The notes below the pieces were generated by a model. It made no database searches. It was not told the DNA's origin and saw only the letters and a list, made by a program, of their open reading frames with translations. Position numbers and translations under genes: made by a program. From positions 381 to 64,380 of the forward strand of contig CABSYW010000010.1 of the NCBI GenBank assembly GCA_902482035.1: 64,000 bases of DNA. Reading direction: 5' to 3'. Source of the stretch: an uncultured Collinsella sp. (lineage in GTDB: Bacteria > Actinomycetota > Coriobacteriia > Coriobacteriales > Coriobacteriaceae). This document shows, in pieces, positions 21,011-31,153 of this stretch. Each line of letters begins with the position of its first letter. The first letter of the stretch is position 1.

Positions 21011-22294
21011 ATGTCACTTGCAACTCAACAATCGCTCGAATCCCATTACGTTATGCATACCTTTGGTCGCTCTCCGGTAGAGTTTGTCGAAGGCCACGGC
21101 ATGAAGCTCACCGGCGATGACGGCCGTGAGTATCTTGATTTTCTTGCCGGTATCGGTGTGTGCAGCCTTGGCCACGGCAGCCCTGCAGTGCTCTCGGCGC
21201 TCGAGGCGCAGACCAAAAAGCTCATGCATGTCTCCAATTACTTCTACATCGAGCAGCGCGGACAGGTCGCGGCGCTGCTGTCCAAGCTTGCCAACGACGA
21301 CGTAGATGGTGCGTGCGTGCTGGCCGATGCCATTGCCGCCGGCGATGAGACCACGGCCGCTGCGCTCGGTGCCCCGGCTGCGGACGAGCAGGTGTGGGAG
21401 ACGTTCTTTGCCAATTCTGGTGCCGAAGCCAACGAGGGCTCGATGAAGCTCGCGCGTCTGTACGCCAAGCGTGCTGGTAACGGCGGCAACACCATCGTAT
21501 GCATGCGCGGCGGTTTTCACGGTCGTACGCTCGAGACCATTGCCGCCACCATGCAGGATTGGCTGCAGGATAGCTTCCGCCCGCTGCCGGGTGGCTTTGT
21601 GGCCTGCACGCCCAACGATGTCGACGAACTGCGTTCGATCTTTAAGCAGCTGGGAAGCGAAGTCTGCGCCGTCATGCTCGAGCCGATCCAGGGCGAGAGC
21701 GGTGTACACCCCATGACCGAGGAGTTTATGGCGGCGGCGCGCGACTTGGCGCACGAGGTGGGCGCCGTGTTTATCGCCGACGAGGTCCAGTGTGGCATCT
21801 TCCGCTCCGGCAAGCCGTTTGCATTCCAGACCTATGGCGTGGAGCCCGACATTATGAGCCTTGCCAAGGGCATCGCCGACGGCGTTCCCATGGGCGCCGT
21901 GGTGGCAAAGAAGGAGATCGCCGACGTGTTTAAGCCCGGCGATCACGGTTCGACCTTTGGCGGTAGCTGCTTGGCCGTCGCGGCGTGCGCCGCGACGCTC
22001 TCCGCGCTCGTGCGCGGCGATTATGCCGAGCATGCTGCCAAGGTGGGTGCTTATATGGAGCAGGCGCTGGCTAAGCTTCCGCATGTGGTAGAGGTGCGTG
22101 GCCGTGGCCTGATGCTCGGCTGCGATCTGGATGACGCTGCGGGCGATGCGCATGATATTGTTGCCCGCGCGCTGGCCGCCGGCGCCGTGATTAACGCTAC
22201 TGGTGCCCACACGCTGCGTTTCCTGCCGCCGCTTGTCTGCGAGGAAGCCGACGTGGACAGCCTGATCGAGATTTTGTCGGACGTTTTGGCCTAA
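21011..22294 (+). CDS. argD: Acetylornithine aminotransferase
   Basis: NSGAEANE, FHGRT, EPIQGESG, DEVQCG, SLAK, HGSTFGG. Confidence 0.95.
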   Translation: MSLATQQSLESHYVMHTFGRSPVEFVEGHGMKLTGDDGREYLDFLAGIGVCSLGHGSPAVLSALEAQTKKLMHVSNYFYIEQRGQVAALLSKLANDDVDGACVLADAIAAGDETTAAALGAPAADEQVWETFFANSGAEANEGSMKLARLYAKRAGNGGNTIVCMRGGFHGRTLETIAATMQDWLQDSFRPLPGGFVACTPNDVDELRSIFKQLGSEVCAVMLEPIQGESGVHPMTEEFMAAARDLAHEVGAVFIADEVQCGIFRSGKPFAFQTYGVEPDIMSLAKGIADGVPMGAVVAKKEIADVFKPGDHGSTFGGSCLAVAACAATLSALVRGDYAEHAAKVGAYMEQALAKLPHVVEVRGRGLMLGCDLDDAAGDAHDIVARALAAGAVINATGAHTLRFLPPLVCEEADVDSLIEILSDVLA

Positions 22295-22411
22295 CACAAC
22301 GCAATAGCTCAATTTGGACTGGGTTCCGGACTGCGGACGTGCCCTATGCGGCACGATTCAGCGGTCTGGACCCCGTTTTGTCTTAGATTTGCTAAGGCGG
22401 GGGAGACCTGC

Positions 22412-22628
22412 TGGTCAAAAAACATCAAATATGAGTACTGTTACCGATTTGGTAGCAGCAATTTTGGACTAATAAGGCTAGATAGCAAGACGAAATGGCG
22501 ATGAATACACGATTTTAATCCAACTGTTAGTCCTTATAATGGACACATGTTGCGTAACGTAAGTAAATGCTATCTTTTTATATGTTGTAAGCAAAGTAGC
22601 AGTACTCATTTTTGCCATTTTTTGACCA
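22412..22628. mobile_element. AT-rich non-coding element with 33-bp imperfect terminal inverted repeats (MITE-like remnant)
   Basis: TGGTCAAAAAACATCAAATATGAGTACTGTTAC (22412-22444) vs reverse complement of 22596-22628, 28/33 identical. Confidence 0.5.
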
Positions 22629-22653
22629 CGGCCTTTGTGGCAGACTCGCTGAT

Positions 22654-22924
22654 GGGTTCGCATCCCATGAAAAGGGCCCGAAAAAGGAAAGGCCTCCATC
22701 GCTGGAGGCCTAACAATTCTGTGGCGGGCGATGAGGGATGTCGCGTGCGGCTGGCGCCGCCCGCTTTCGCTTCGTCGCTTCGCTCCTCGCGTGCTGCGCT
22801 GGAAAACGCTTCGCGTTTCCTCAGCTCCGCACCCTTGCGGGTTCGAATCCCTCTGCACTGGGCACGAAAACGAAAGGCCCCCATTTCTGGGAGCCTATCA
22901 ATTCAGTGGTGGGCGATGAGGGAT
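22654..22924. repeat. tRNA-Val-linked 185-bp-period direct repeat
   Basis: 22654-22739 repeats at 22839-22924 (GGGTTCG.ATCCC...AAAGGCC.CCA...GTGGYGGGCGATGAGGGAT) and includes the tRNA 3' end. Confidence 0.75.
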
Positions 22925-22982
22925 TCGAACCCCCAGCCTTGTGCGTGTAAAGCACCTGCGCTAACCGTTGCGCCAATCGCCC
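22907..22982 (-). tRNA. tRNA-Val(TAC)
   Basis: GGGCGATTGGCGCAACGGTTAGCGCAGGTGCTTTACACGCAC...GGTTCGAATCCCTCATCGCCCACCA. Confidence 0.95.
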
Positions 22983-23039
22983 GCAAGGATTGAGTATAGC
23001 GGAAACCCCGTGCTGTTCACCGCTAATTCATAACGAAAC

Positions 23040-24908
23040 TTACGCGGCGACTTCGGCGCCCTTGTCCTCGTCGATAAAGAAGCGCTTGTACCAGATGAGG
23101 AACGTCAGCGCGGTATAGATCTTGCGTTGGTTGAGCGCGCGGCCCTCAAAGTGATCGTCGAGCAGTTTCATGAGCACATTGGTGTCAAAGAAATCAGCAG
23201 CCCACGGTGCGGTGAAGTATTCCTTTACGTAGTCGTAGTACTTTTGCTCGCGCAGCCAGAACTTGACCGGTACGGGGAAGCCCACCTTCTTGCGCGTTGC
23301 CCACTCGTCGGGCAGCGTGCGGTTGGCGGCGTGACGCAGGACGAGCTTGCAGCCTTCTTCGTTAACACGGTAGTTGGCGGGAATGTGCTCGGCAAACTCC
23401 ATGACCTTCTTGTCCAGGAACGGGACGCGAAGCTCCAGAGAATGCGCCATGCACATCTTATCGGCCTTGAGCAGGATGTCGCCCGGCAGCCACATGTTCA
23501 TATCCAGATACTGTTTCTTGGAAAGCTCGCAGCAGTTGGGAACCTGCTTGTAGTACTCGGCGCACATTTCGGCGGCGTTCTTGCCGGTGTCATAAGCAGG
23601 CTTGAGCACCTCGTCGACCTCGGACGGGTCGAACACCTTTGCCTGACCCACATACCAGCGCTCGGGAACCTCGGCGCATTTCGTCAGGAAGTTGTGGCCC
23701 TTAAAGTAGGGGAGATGCTGAACGAGTGAGCCCAGGGCGCGACGTACGCCGAGCGGCACGTGCTTCTTAAAGGAGCGCATCTCGGGGGTGTCCTCGTACC
23801 ACTCATAGCCGGCAAACAGCTCGTCGGCACCCTCGCCCGAAAGGACGACGGTGACCTCCTCGGAAGCCATCTGCGCCAGATAGTACAGCGGCACGCTGGA
23901 CAGGTTCGATTGCGGCTCGTCCATGTGGTACTGGATATCGGGCAGTGCATCGAAGAACTCGTCGGCGGTAATCATTTTGCGAACGTTCTTGATGCCCAGC
24001 TTGTCGGAAAGCTCGGCAGCATAGTTGGTCTCGTTGAAGTTCTTGTAATCGAAGCCGACAGAATACGTGGTGTCGGGCATGAGACAGGCGGCAATGTAGC
24101 TGGAGTCCACGCCGCCAGAAAGGAACGAGCCCACCTTAACATCGGCGATTCGGTGCGCAGCGACGCTTTCGTGCACGACCTTGTCGCACTCGTCAACGTA
24201 CTCCTCGAAGGTCTTGGAGTTGTCGTCGGTGAAGTCACAGCTCCAGTAACGCTTGATGTTCATGGTGTTGGTCGTCAGGTCATACGTAAAGCAATGCGCC
24301 GGGGCAAGCTTGAACACGCCCTTAAAGAAGGTCTCCTCCGTGGCGGGGAATTGCAGCGTCAGGTAGGGGCGCAGCGCGTCGTGGTTGACGGCCTTCTCGA
24401 ACTTGGGATGGTCCAGGAAGCTCTTGATCTCGGAGCCAAACAGCAGCGAGCCATCGGATGCCTGGTAGTAATAGAACGGCTTGATACCAAAGATGTCACG
24501 AGCGCCAAAGAGCTTGTTCTTGTTCTGGTCGTGAATCACGAACGCGTACATGCCGCGCAGGCGGTTGACCAGGTCCTCGCCCCACTCCTCGTAGCCGTGT
24601 ACCAGGACCTCGGTATCGGCGTTGCAGTGGAAGGCGTAGCCGGCTGCCTCCAGCTCGGCGCGAAGCTCCTGGAAGTTGTAGATCTCTCCGTTGAAGACAA
24701 TCGTGACCTTGCCGTCGTCGCTCGACATGGGCTGAGCTCCAGCTTCGGAAAGATCAAGAATCGAAAGACGACGGAAGCCAAGGGCAACGTTGTCGACGAT
24801 ATGCTGGCCGCCCATATCGGGACCACGGTGGATGATGCGATTCATCATGGCCGTGAGAACCAGCTCACTCTGTTCATCTGTACCGGTAAAACCGACAAAA
24901 CCGCACAT
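23040..24908 (-). CDS. asnB: Glutamine-hydrolysing asparagine synthase family amidotransferase
   Basis: MCGFVG (N-terminal Cys), HRGPD, RLSILD, FNGEIYN, SGGVDSS, SGEGADE, LELRVPFLD. Confidence 0.93.
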   Translation of the reverse strand: MCGFVGFTGTDEQSELVLTAMMNRIIHRGPDMGGQHIVDNVALGFRRLSILDLSEAGAQPMSSDDGKVTIVFNGEIYNFQELRAELEAAGYAFHCNADTEVLVHGYEEWGEDLVNRLRGMYAFVIHDQNKNKLFGARDIFGIKPFYYYQASDGSLLFGSEIKSFLDHPKFEKAVNHDALRPYLTLQFPATEETFFKGVFKLAPAHCFTYDLTTNTMNIKRYWSCDFTDDNSKTFEEYVDECDKVVHESVAAHRIADVKVGSFLSGGVDSSYIAACLMPDTTYSVGFDYKNFNETNYAAELSDKLGIKNVRKMITADEFFDALPDIQYHMDEPQSNLSSVPLYYLAQMASEEVTVVLSGEGADELFAGYEWYEDTPEMRSFKKHVPLGVRRALGSLVQHLPYFKGHNFLTKCAEVPERWYVGQAKVFDPSEVDEVLKPAYDTGKNAAEMCAEYYKQVPNCCELSKKQYLDMNMWLPGDILLKADKMCMAHSLELRVPFLDKKVMEFAEHIPANYRVNEEGCKLVLRHAANRTLPDEWATRKKVGFPVPVKFWLREQKYYDYVKEYFTAPWAADFFDTNVLMKLLDDHFEGRALNQRKIYTALTFLIWYKRFFIDEDKGAEVAA

Positions 24909-25307
24909 GCAAGATCCTTTCTGCTGACGGCTCAGGTGTACTGCCGCAAGGATCGCGGCAGCTGATGTCAAATAATCTTTACTATCATGCCAATCTTTTG
25001 TTTCGTGATAAGGCATAAGCGCCGAGCGAACCGAAAAAACCACGGCCCGATCTTCAGACGAAGCGGCGGGTCGTGGTTGTGAACGCTATGTTAAAGAACA
25101 GCATCCAGATTTCCCTGTTTTTACGCGGGGTGGACACTGTTGCCATTTATTGACCCACAGCACAGTCCATGCAATTTTTTAGAAGGCTGCAGTGCGCGCA
25201 AGGCCAGGTGGCATATTAGGATGGTTGATAATACAGAATGTTTCATCGTTTCTGCCGCGGGACGTCTTTTGCCCTTTAAGGCTGAATTTAGCGAGAGAGG
25301 TCTTTGT

Positions 25308-26825
25308 ATGTCGAGTCCGACACAAGAGAAGCTAACTCTGATGCGCTATATAGAGTTGCTCGAGGAAGATGACCTTGTTGTTTCCAGACCGAGCGCTTCG
25401 TACGACCAGCGCATTGAGTTTGCAACTGATGACTCGCGCCAGGTGCGTCCGGGCACGTTGTTCGTCTGCAAGGGCCGTGCGTTTAAGTGCGAGTACCTGC
25501 TTTCGGCAATCGCTGATGGCGCCGTGGCCTACGTTTCCGAGGTCGATTACGATGTTGATCTTCCCGCGGTGATTGTGAGTGATATTCGTCGCACGCTCGC
25601 CGTGGTGGCAGATGTCTTTTATGGGCACCCGTCGGGTAAGGTGAAGGTCTGCGCCTTTACAGGCACCAAGGGCAAGTCGACCTGCAGCTTTTATCTGCGC
25701 GGCATTCTCGCCAACGAGGCCAAGCTTACGGGCTGTCATCGACCCGCTCTTAATACGGGCATTGAGTTCGACGACGGCATCGAGGCAGGCCCTTCCAAAC
25801 TGACGACCCCCGAATCCTTCCTGCTGCAGTCTCGCATCGCGCATGCCGCGGAGGCGGGTGCCCCGTGGCTGGTTATGGAGGCATCGAGCCAGGGCCTCAA
25901 ATACGAGCGCACGGGCAAGATCGCCTTTGAAGTCGGAGCCTTTACCAATATCGGCGAGGATCACATTTCGCCGATTGAGCATCCGACGCTCGAGGATTAC
26001 TTTGCCAGCAAGCTCAAAATCTTCTCGCAGAGCCGTTTTGCCGTGGTCAATCTCGATATGGATAAGGTCGATCGCGTGCTCGAGGCGGCATCTCGTTGCG
26101 AACGTACGGTGACGTTCTCCCTGACCGACGAGCGTGCCGACGTGCTCGCGCTGGCGATTCGTAATGGCGACTGCGGCGTGGTGGCAACGGTGCGCACGCC
26201 CCGCTTTACGCGCGACATTGTGATTCCCACGCCGGTTAAGTTCAATGTGTCCAACGCGCTTGCCGCTATTGCCTGCGCCGAGGCCTTGGGCATTTCCGAA
26301 GAGGGTATCGTCCATGGCTTTGAGGGCGTCTTCGTTCCCGGCCGCATGGAGCTCTATCCGTCCGTATCGGGCAAAATCCTGGGAATCGTCGATTTTGCAC
26401 ATAACGGCATGAGCCTCGAGACGCTCCTGCGTGACTTGCGCGAGAACTATCCCGAGCGCGAGCTGGCGGTTGTATTTGGTGCTACGGGCGGTAAGGGTGT
26501 CGATCGGCGCACCACAATGGGTATCGCCGCTGGCAAGTATGCCGACCGAATCGTGATTACCGAGGATGACCCCGGCCCCGAGGATGTCGAGGATATTTGC
26601 GCCGAGATCGCGCGCAACGTTCAAGCGCAGGGAAATGATAACTGGCAAATCGTGACTGATCGCGTTGCCGCTATCGAGACTGCCGTGCGCGAAACCGTCC
26701 GTCCTGCCGTGGTCATCGTGACCGGTAAGGGCGAGGAAGAGCGTATGCTGCGCAAGAACGGACCCGAGCCTTGCGAGCGCGACGGTTCGATTCTCAAGCG
26801 CACCCTTGCGGCGTACGATGCCTAA
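25308..26825 (+). CDS. murE: UDP-MurNAc-tripeptide ligase MurE (non-mDAP signature)
   Basis: DSRQV, TGTKGKST, LTTPE, MEASS, DHIS, PGRME, DFAHN, EDDPGPE. Confidence 0.88.
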   Translation: MSSPTQEKLTLMRYIELLEEDDLVVSRPSASYDQRIEFATDDSRQVRPGTLFVCKGRAFKCEYLLSAIADGAVAYVSEVDYDVDLPAVIVSDIRRTLAVVADVFYGHPSGKVKVCAFTGTKGKSTCSFYLRGILANEAKLTGCHRPALNTGIEFDDGIEAGPSKLTTPESFLLQSRIAHAAEAGAPWLVMEASSQGLKYERTGKIAFEVGAFTNIGEDHISPIEHPTLEDYFASKLKIFSQSRFAVVNLDMDKVDRVLEAASRCERTVTFSLTDERADVLALAIRNGDCGVVATVRTPRFTRDIVIPTPVKFNVSNALAAIACAEALGISEEGIVHGFEGVFVPGRMELYPSVSGKILGIVDFAHNGMSLETLLRDLRENYPERELAVVFGATGGKGVDRRTTMGIAAGKYADRIVITEDDPGPEDVEDICAEIARNVQAQGNDNWQIVTDRVAAIETAVRETVRPAVVIVTGKGEEERMLRKNGPEPCERDGSILKRTLAAYDA

Positions 26826-26859
26826 GACCAGAAGCCCCTTCTACGTAAATGGAGTGACC

Positions 26860-27771
26860 ATGTCCCACAATACCCTGCCGACCGTCGCTGAGCTTTCGGG
26901 CGAGATGCGCGAGCGTCTTGCCAAGGTTAAGTACGTCTTTACCGATCTGGACGCCACCATGCTCGCGCCCGGCTCGTGCGTGCTGCGCGACAACGACGGC
27001 AACCCCTCGACCAAGCTCGTCGGGGCTGTCGTGGCACTTGCCCGCGCCGGCATCCAGGTGGTCCCCACCTCGGGCCGCAACCGCACCATGATTCACGAGG
27101 ATGCGCGCGTGCTCGGCCTCAACTCCTACATCGGCGAGATGGGTGGTCTGGTCATGTACGACCTCAAGGCCAACGATTGGGAGTATCTGACCGGCGATAT
27201 GCCCTACGACCCCGCCTGCGGCCTCACGCCGCATCAGGTGATCGAGCAGACCGGCGTGTGCGAGAAGATTCTCGCCCGCTGGCCGCATAAGATCGAGTAC
27301 CACAACGACATGTCGACTGGCTACAAGTACCGCGAGGTCACCGTCGGCATGCGCGGCGATGTGCCCGACGACGAGGTCCAGGCCATTCTTGATGAGGCTG
27401 GCTGCGGCCTGGTCTGGGCCTGCAACGGCCATCTGACTCATCTGTCCAAACCGACGACGCTCGAGCTCGAACGCGTCGAGGATGGCCGCGCGTTTAACAT
27501 CAATCCCGCCGGTCTCAACAAGGGCGTTGCCATCGCACGTTTCTGCGAGCACCTTGGTATCGAGCGCGAGGAGACGCTGGCGCTCGGCGATTCCGAGTCC
27601 GACTTCTACATGGCTGACCACGTGGGTACGTTCTGCCTGGTCGAGAACGGTTTGACCAGCGCCGGCGCGCCCGAGTTCCTGGATGTTTGCGATAACGCCT
27701 ACGTCACGCGCGGCAAGATTGTCGATGGCTGGGCGGCAACGGCAGAGCTGCTCGTCGCGGCCCGTTCGTAG
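26860..27771 (+). CDS. HAD superfamily (Cof-like) hydrolase
   Basis: FTDLDATML, PTSGR, NKG, GDSESD. Confidence 0.8.
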   Translation: MSHNTLPTVAELSGEMRERLAKVKYVFTDLDATMLAPGSCVLRDNDGNPSTKLVGAVVALARAGIQVVPTSGRNRTMIHEDARVLGLNSYIGEMGGLVMYDLKANDWEYLTGDMPYDPACGLTPHQVIEQTGVCEKILARWPHKIEYHNDMSTGYKYREVTVGMRGDVPDDEVQAILDEAGCGLVWACNGHLTHLSKPTTLELERVEDGRAFNINPAGLNKGVAIARFCEHLGIEREETLALGDSESDFYMADHVGTFCLVENGLTSAGAPEFLDVCDNAYVTRGKIVDGWAATAELLVAARS

Positions 27772-27824
27772 TGCGGTCCTATCGCGCTGAGCCATATCTT
27801 TTCGAGAGAGAATCTGGTGAGGTA

Positions 27825-28709
27825 ATGTCCGATATCGAGAATCCGGCAGGCGACACGCGCCCGATTGGCGTGTTCGATTCTGGTCTGGGCGGTCTGACGG
27901 TTGCACGCGCCATCGCAACGGCGTTGCCGCACGAGTCCGTCTACTACTTTGGCGACACCAAGCGCTGCCCCTACGGCACCCGCACCGAGGACGAGGTGCG
28001 CTCGTTTGCACTGCAGGCGGGCCGTTGGCTGTCGAAGCACGACGTCAAGATCATGGTCATCGCCTGCAATACGGCGACCGCTGCGGCCTTGCGTTTGGCC
28101 CAGCAGGTGCTCGACGTCCCCGTCATCGGTGTGATCGCACCGGGCGCACGCGCGGCAATCAACAGCACCCGCACGCGCCGGGTGGGCGTGCTCGCCACCA
28201 ACCTCACCATTCGCTCAGGCGCTTACACGCGTGCCATCCAGGACCTGGATGCCGGCGTCGACGTATACGGCTGCCCTGCCTCGAGTTTTGTCGAGGTCGT
28301 TGAGCACGAGCTCGCCTCGGGCGCGCATCTGCAAGAGCAGTGGCTCGAGAACGAGGACATCTTTGATACGCCTGCCGTACGCGCGCTGGTTGGCGCCACG
28401 GTTGAACCGCTGCGCGACCACGGCATCGATACCGTGGTGCTCGGCTGCACGCATTTCCCGCTGCTCGTGGGGCCTATTCGCCATGCGCTGGGTCCCGGAG
28501 TGCGCGTGGTGAGCTCTGCCGAGGAGACCACGCGCGAGCTGACCGATATTCTCACGCGCCGCGAGCAGCTGGCAGGCGACGCAGCCGAGCCGCAGCATCG
28601 TTTTGCAACGACGTCCGATAACATTGCCGAGTTTGCGGTGGCGGGCAGCTTTATCTTTGGCCAGCCGCTCAAGAGCATTGAGCATATCGATATCGACGAA
28701 CTGAAATAG
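27825..28709 (+). CDS. murI: Glutamate racemase
   Basis: [25 protein letters not shown]. Confidence 0.97.
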   Translation: MSDIENPAGDTRPIGVFDSGLGGLTVARAIATALPHESVYYFGDTKRCPYGTRTEDEVRSFALQAGRWLSKHDVKIMVIACNTATAAALRLAQQVLDVPVIGVIAPGARAAINSTRTRRVGVLATNLTIRSGAYTRAIQDLDAGVDVYGCPASSFVEVVEHELASGAHLQEQWLENEDIFDTPAVRALVGATVEPLRDHGIDTVVLGCTHFPLLVGPIRHALGPGVRVVSSAEETTRELTDILTRREQLAGDAAEPQHRFATTSDNIAEFAVAGSFIFGQPLKSIEHIDIDELK

Positions 28710-28764
28710 ATATAAGGTCACCGACCAAAGGCTCACGTCCACCTTTTGCCGAAAGGATATTTCT

Positions 28765-29490
28765 ATGGAGTACATGCAGGTCAACCGCGCCAACGGCCGC
28801 GCCGCCGATGAACTTCGCCCCGTCAAGCTTACTCGCGGCGTCATGAAGCACGCCCACGGCTCGTGCCTGGCCGAGTTCGGCGACACGCGCGTACTGTGCG
28901 CCGCCACCATCGAAGAGGGCGTGCCGGGCTGGCGCAAGGGCGCCAAGGCCGGCTGGGTAACGGCGGAATATGCGATGCTGCCGGCCTCGACCGGCAAACG
29001 TTGCAAACGCGAGCATGCCAACCGCAAGGGCCGCTCCATGGAGATCGAGCGGCTCATCGGTCGCAGCCTGCGCACTGTCGTCAACATGAAGGCGCTCGGC
29101 GAGTACACCGTTACCGTCGACTGCGATGTGATTCAGGCCGATGGCGGCACACGCACAGCGAGCATTACCGGCGCCTGGGTGGCGCTGCACGATGCCCTTG
29201 ACATGTGGGTCGAGGCGGGCAAGCTCGAGCGCATTCCGCTCACGGGCCAGGTCGCCGCGATTTCTATGGGTGTCGTCGACGGCAGCACCCTGCTCGACCT
29301 CGATTATTCCGAGGACAGCCACGCCGAGGTCGACATGAATCTCGTCGCTACCGACACCGGCGAGATGATTGAGCTCCAGGGTACCGGCGAGCAGGCGCCC
29401 TTCGACCGCAAGCGTCTCAACGCCCTGCTTGACTTGGGCGACAAGGGCATCGCCGAGCTCATCGAGCTTCAGCGCCAGGCCCTCGCCTAA
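28765..29490 (+). CDS. rph: Ribonuclease PH
   Basis: [43 protein letters not shown]. Confidence 0.97.
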   Translation: MEYMQVNRANGRAADELRPVKLTRGVMKHAHGSCLAEFGDTRVLCAATIEEGVPGWRKGAKAGWVTAEYAMLPASTGKRCKREHANRKGRSMEIERLIGRSLRTVVNMKALGEYTVTVDCDVIQADGGTRTASITGAWVALHDALDMWVEAGKLERIPLTGQVAAISMGVVDGSTLLDLDYSEDSHAEVDMNLVATDTGEMIELQGTGEQAPFDRKRLNALLDLGDKGIAELIELQRQALA

Positions 29491-29540
29491 TCTGCCAAAA
29501 AGGGACAGGTTTATTTTGGCAGGTTTTATCTGCGAAAACG
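29488..29540. repeat. REP-like palindrome, copy B
   Basis: TAATCTGCCAAAAAGGGACAGGTTTATTTTGGCAGGTTTTATCTGCGAAAACG, starting at the rph stop codon. Confidence 0.85.
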
Positions 29541-29634
29541 CCGAAGTATAAGACTGTCGTAGATTGAGAGGGGGAGAGGCCGAGGCCCTCGTCGTCCTCA
29601 ACACGGCATTGCTATAGAGACAAGGAGGCCAGCC

Positions 29635-30276
29635 ATGGCACTTGAGAAGATTGACATCGACACCCTCGATCCGGCGGCGACCATCGTCGTGGCAACCGGC
29701 AACGCCCATAAGCTCACCGAGATCGAGGCCATTTTGGGCAAGGTCATGCCCGAGGTGCGCTTTGTGGCGCTCGGCCAGCTGGGTGATTTTGAGGACCCCG
29801 AGGAAAACGGCACGACGTTTTTGGAGAACGCCATCATCAAGGCGCAGGCTGCCGTTGAGGAGACGGGCCTTATGGCCATTGCCGACGACTCTGGCTTGGT
29901 CGTCGACGCGCTGGACGGCGAGCCGGGCGTGTATAGCGCGCGCTACGCGGGCGTGCACGGTGACGATGCCGCCAACAACGCCAAGCTTCTCGTTAACCTG
30001 GAAGGCGTGGCAGACGAGGATCGCACCGCGCGCTTTATGAGCGTCGTCGCGCTTATCGATACGGACGGCCTGGTCACCTATGGCGAGGGTGCCTGCGAGG
30101 GCGTTATCGCGCACGAGGGGCGCGGCGATCACGGCTTTGGCTACGACCCGCTGTTCCTACCGGTCGATACGCCGGGCAAGACCATGGCCGAGCTCACGGC
30201 GGACGAGAAGAACGCCATTAGCCATCGTTTCCATGCGCTCGAGCATCTGTCCGCCAAGCTGACGGGCGAGGAGTAG
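29635..30276 (+). CDS. rdgB: Non-canonical purine NTP pyrophosphatase (RdgB/HAM1)
   Basis: ATGNAHK, ADDSGL, PGVYSARYAG, GFGYDPLF, KNAISHR. Confidence 0.95.
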   Translation: MALEKIDIDTLDPAATIVVATGNAHKLTEIEAILGKVMPEVRFVALGQLGDFEDPEENGTTFLENAIIKAQAAVEETGLMAIADDSGLVVDALDGEPGVYSARYAGVHGDDAANNAKLLVNLEGVADEDRTARFMSVVALIDTDGLVTYGEGACEGVIAHEGRGDHGFGYDPLFLPVDTPGKTMAELTADEKNAISHRFHALEHLSAKLTGEE

Positions 30277-30279
30277 ACC

Positions 30280-30726
30280 GTGCGTGCGGTGGTGCAGCGC
30301 GTGCTCAACGCCGGCGTGACGGTCGACGGCGAGTGCGTGGGCCGCATTGGACGCGGCTACCTGGTGCTGCTGGGCGTGGGCCACGGCGACACACGCGCCG
30401 AGGCCGACAAGCTGTGGGGCAAGCTCCGCGGGCTGCGTATCAACGAGGACGAGAACGGCAAGACCAACTTGGCACTGGCCGATGTCGACGGCGAGGTACT
30501 CGTGGTGTCGCAGTTCACGCTGTTTGCCGACTGCCGCCATGGCCGCCGTCCGTCGTTTACGGATGCCGGCACGCCCGATGTCGCTAACGAACTTTACGAG
30601 TACTTTCTGACGCTCGTCGCCCGGGACGTCGATCACGTGGCACACGGTATCTTTGGCGCCGATATGAAGGTCGACCTGGTCAACGACGGTCCGTTCACCA
30701 TCGTTCTGGACACAGACAATCTGTAA
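30280..30726 (+). CDS. dtd: D-aminoacyl-tRNA deacylase
   Basis: RAVVQRV, SQFTL, NDGPFT. Confidence 0.95.
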   Translation: MRAVVQRVLNAGVTVDGECVGRIGRGYLVLLGVGHGDTRAEADKLWGKLRGLRINEDENGKTNLALADVDGEVLVVSQFTLFADCRHGRRPSFTDAGTPDVANELYEYFLTLVARDVDHVAHGIFGADMKVDLVNDGPFTIVLDTDNL

Positions 30727-30757
30727 GCAGTCAATTTGGGACGGGGTTTTTAGCTGC

Positions 30758-30787
30758 TTGCGTATGGTCGCAACAGAGTGCTATAAT
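30758..30787 (+). promoter_or_regulatory. Putative sigma-A promoter for veg-ispE
   Basis: TTGCGT-18 nt-TATAAT with extended -10 TG. Confidence 0.6.
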
Positions 30788-30854
30788 ATTAGAGTTTTGT
30801 CTATCTTAGGGGTATTATCCCTTTTTTGAATTGCACCCTCTGGAGGCCCTATTC

Positions 30855-31151
30855 ATGGAAGAGATGGAAGTCAATCACGTCGACGACATCCACGAGAAGC
30901 TGACCGATATGGTGGGCGATCGCGTCAAGGTTAAGGCCAACATGGGCCGCACCCGCGTTGTCGAGCGCATGGGCACCATCAAGAGCGTCCACCCCGCCGT
31001 CTTTATCGTCGAGGTTGACGAGCGTCGCGGTCGCAAGTCACGTCAGTCCTACCAGTATATCGATGTCCTCACCGGTCAGGTCGAGCTGTTCGACCCCGAG
31101 AGCGGCGAGCATATCTTTACCCCGCTCGGCAATCAGCTCGAGGAGCATTAA
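30855..31151 (+). CDS. veg: Veg family protein
   Basis: VKVKANMGR...HPAVFIVE...SYQYIDVLTGQVEL. Confidence 0.85.
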   Translation: MEEMEVNHVDDIHEKLTDMVGDRVKVKANMGRTRVVERMGTIKSVHPAVFIVEVDERRGRKSRQSYQYIDVLTGQVELFDPESGEHIFTPLGNQLEEH

Positions 31152-31153
31152 CG

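Noticed and set aside
22721..22860. Second tRNA gene suggested by GGTTCGAATCC
   Set aside because: No cloverleaf; only fragments of the tRNA-Val 3' end and an inverted T-arm
22478..22993. Small ORFs of 60-150 aa between argD and tRNA-Val
   Set aside because: They overlap repeats and the tRNA, with atypical composition and no RBS or recognisable domain
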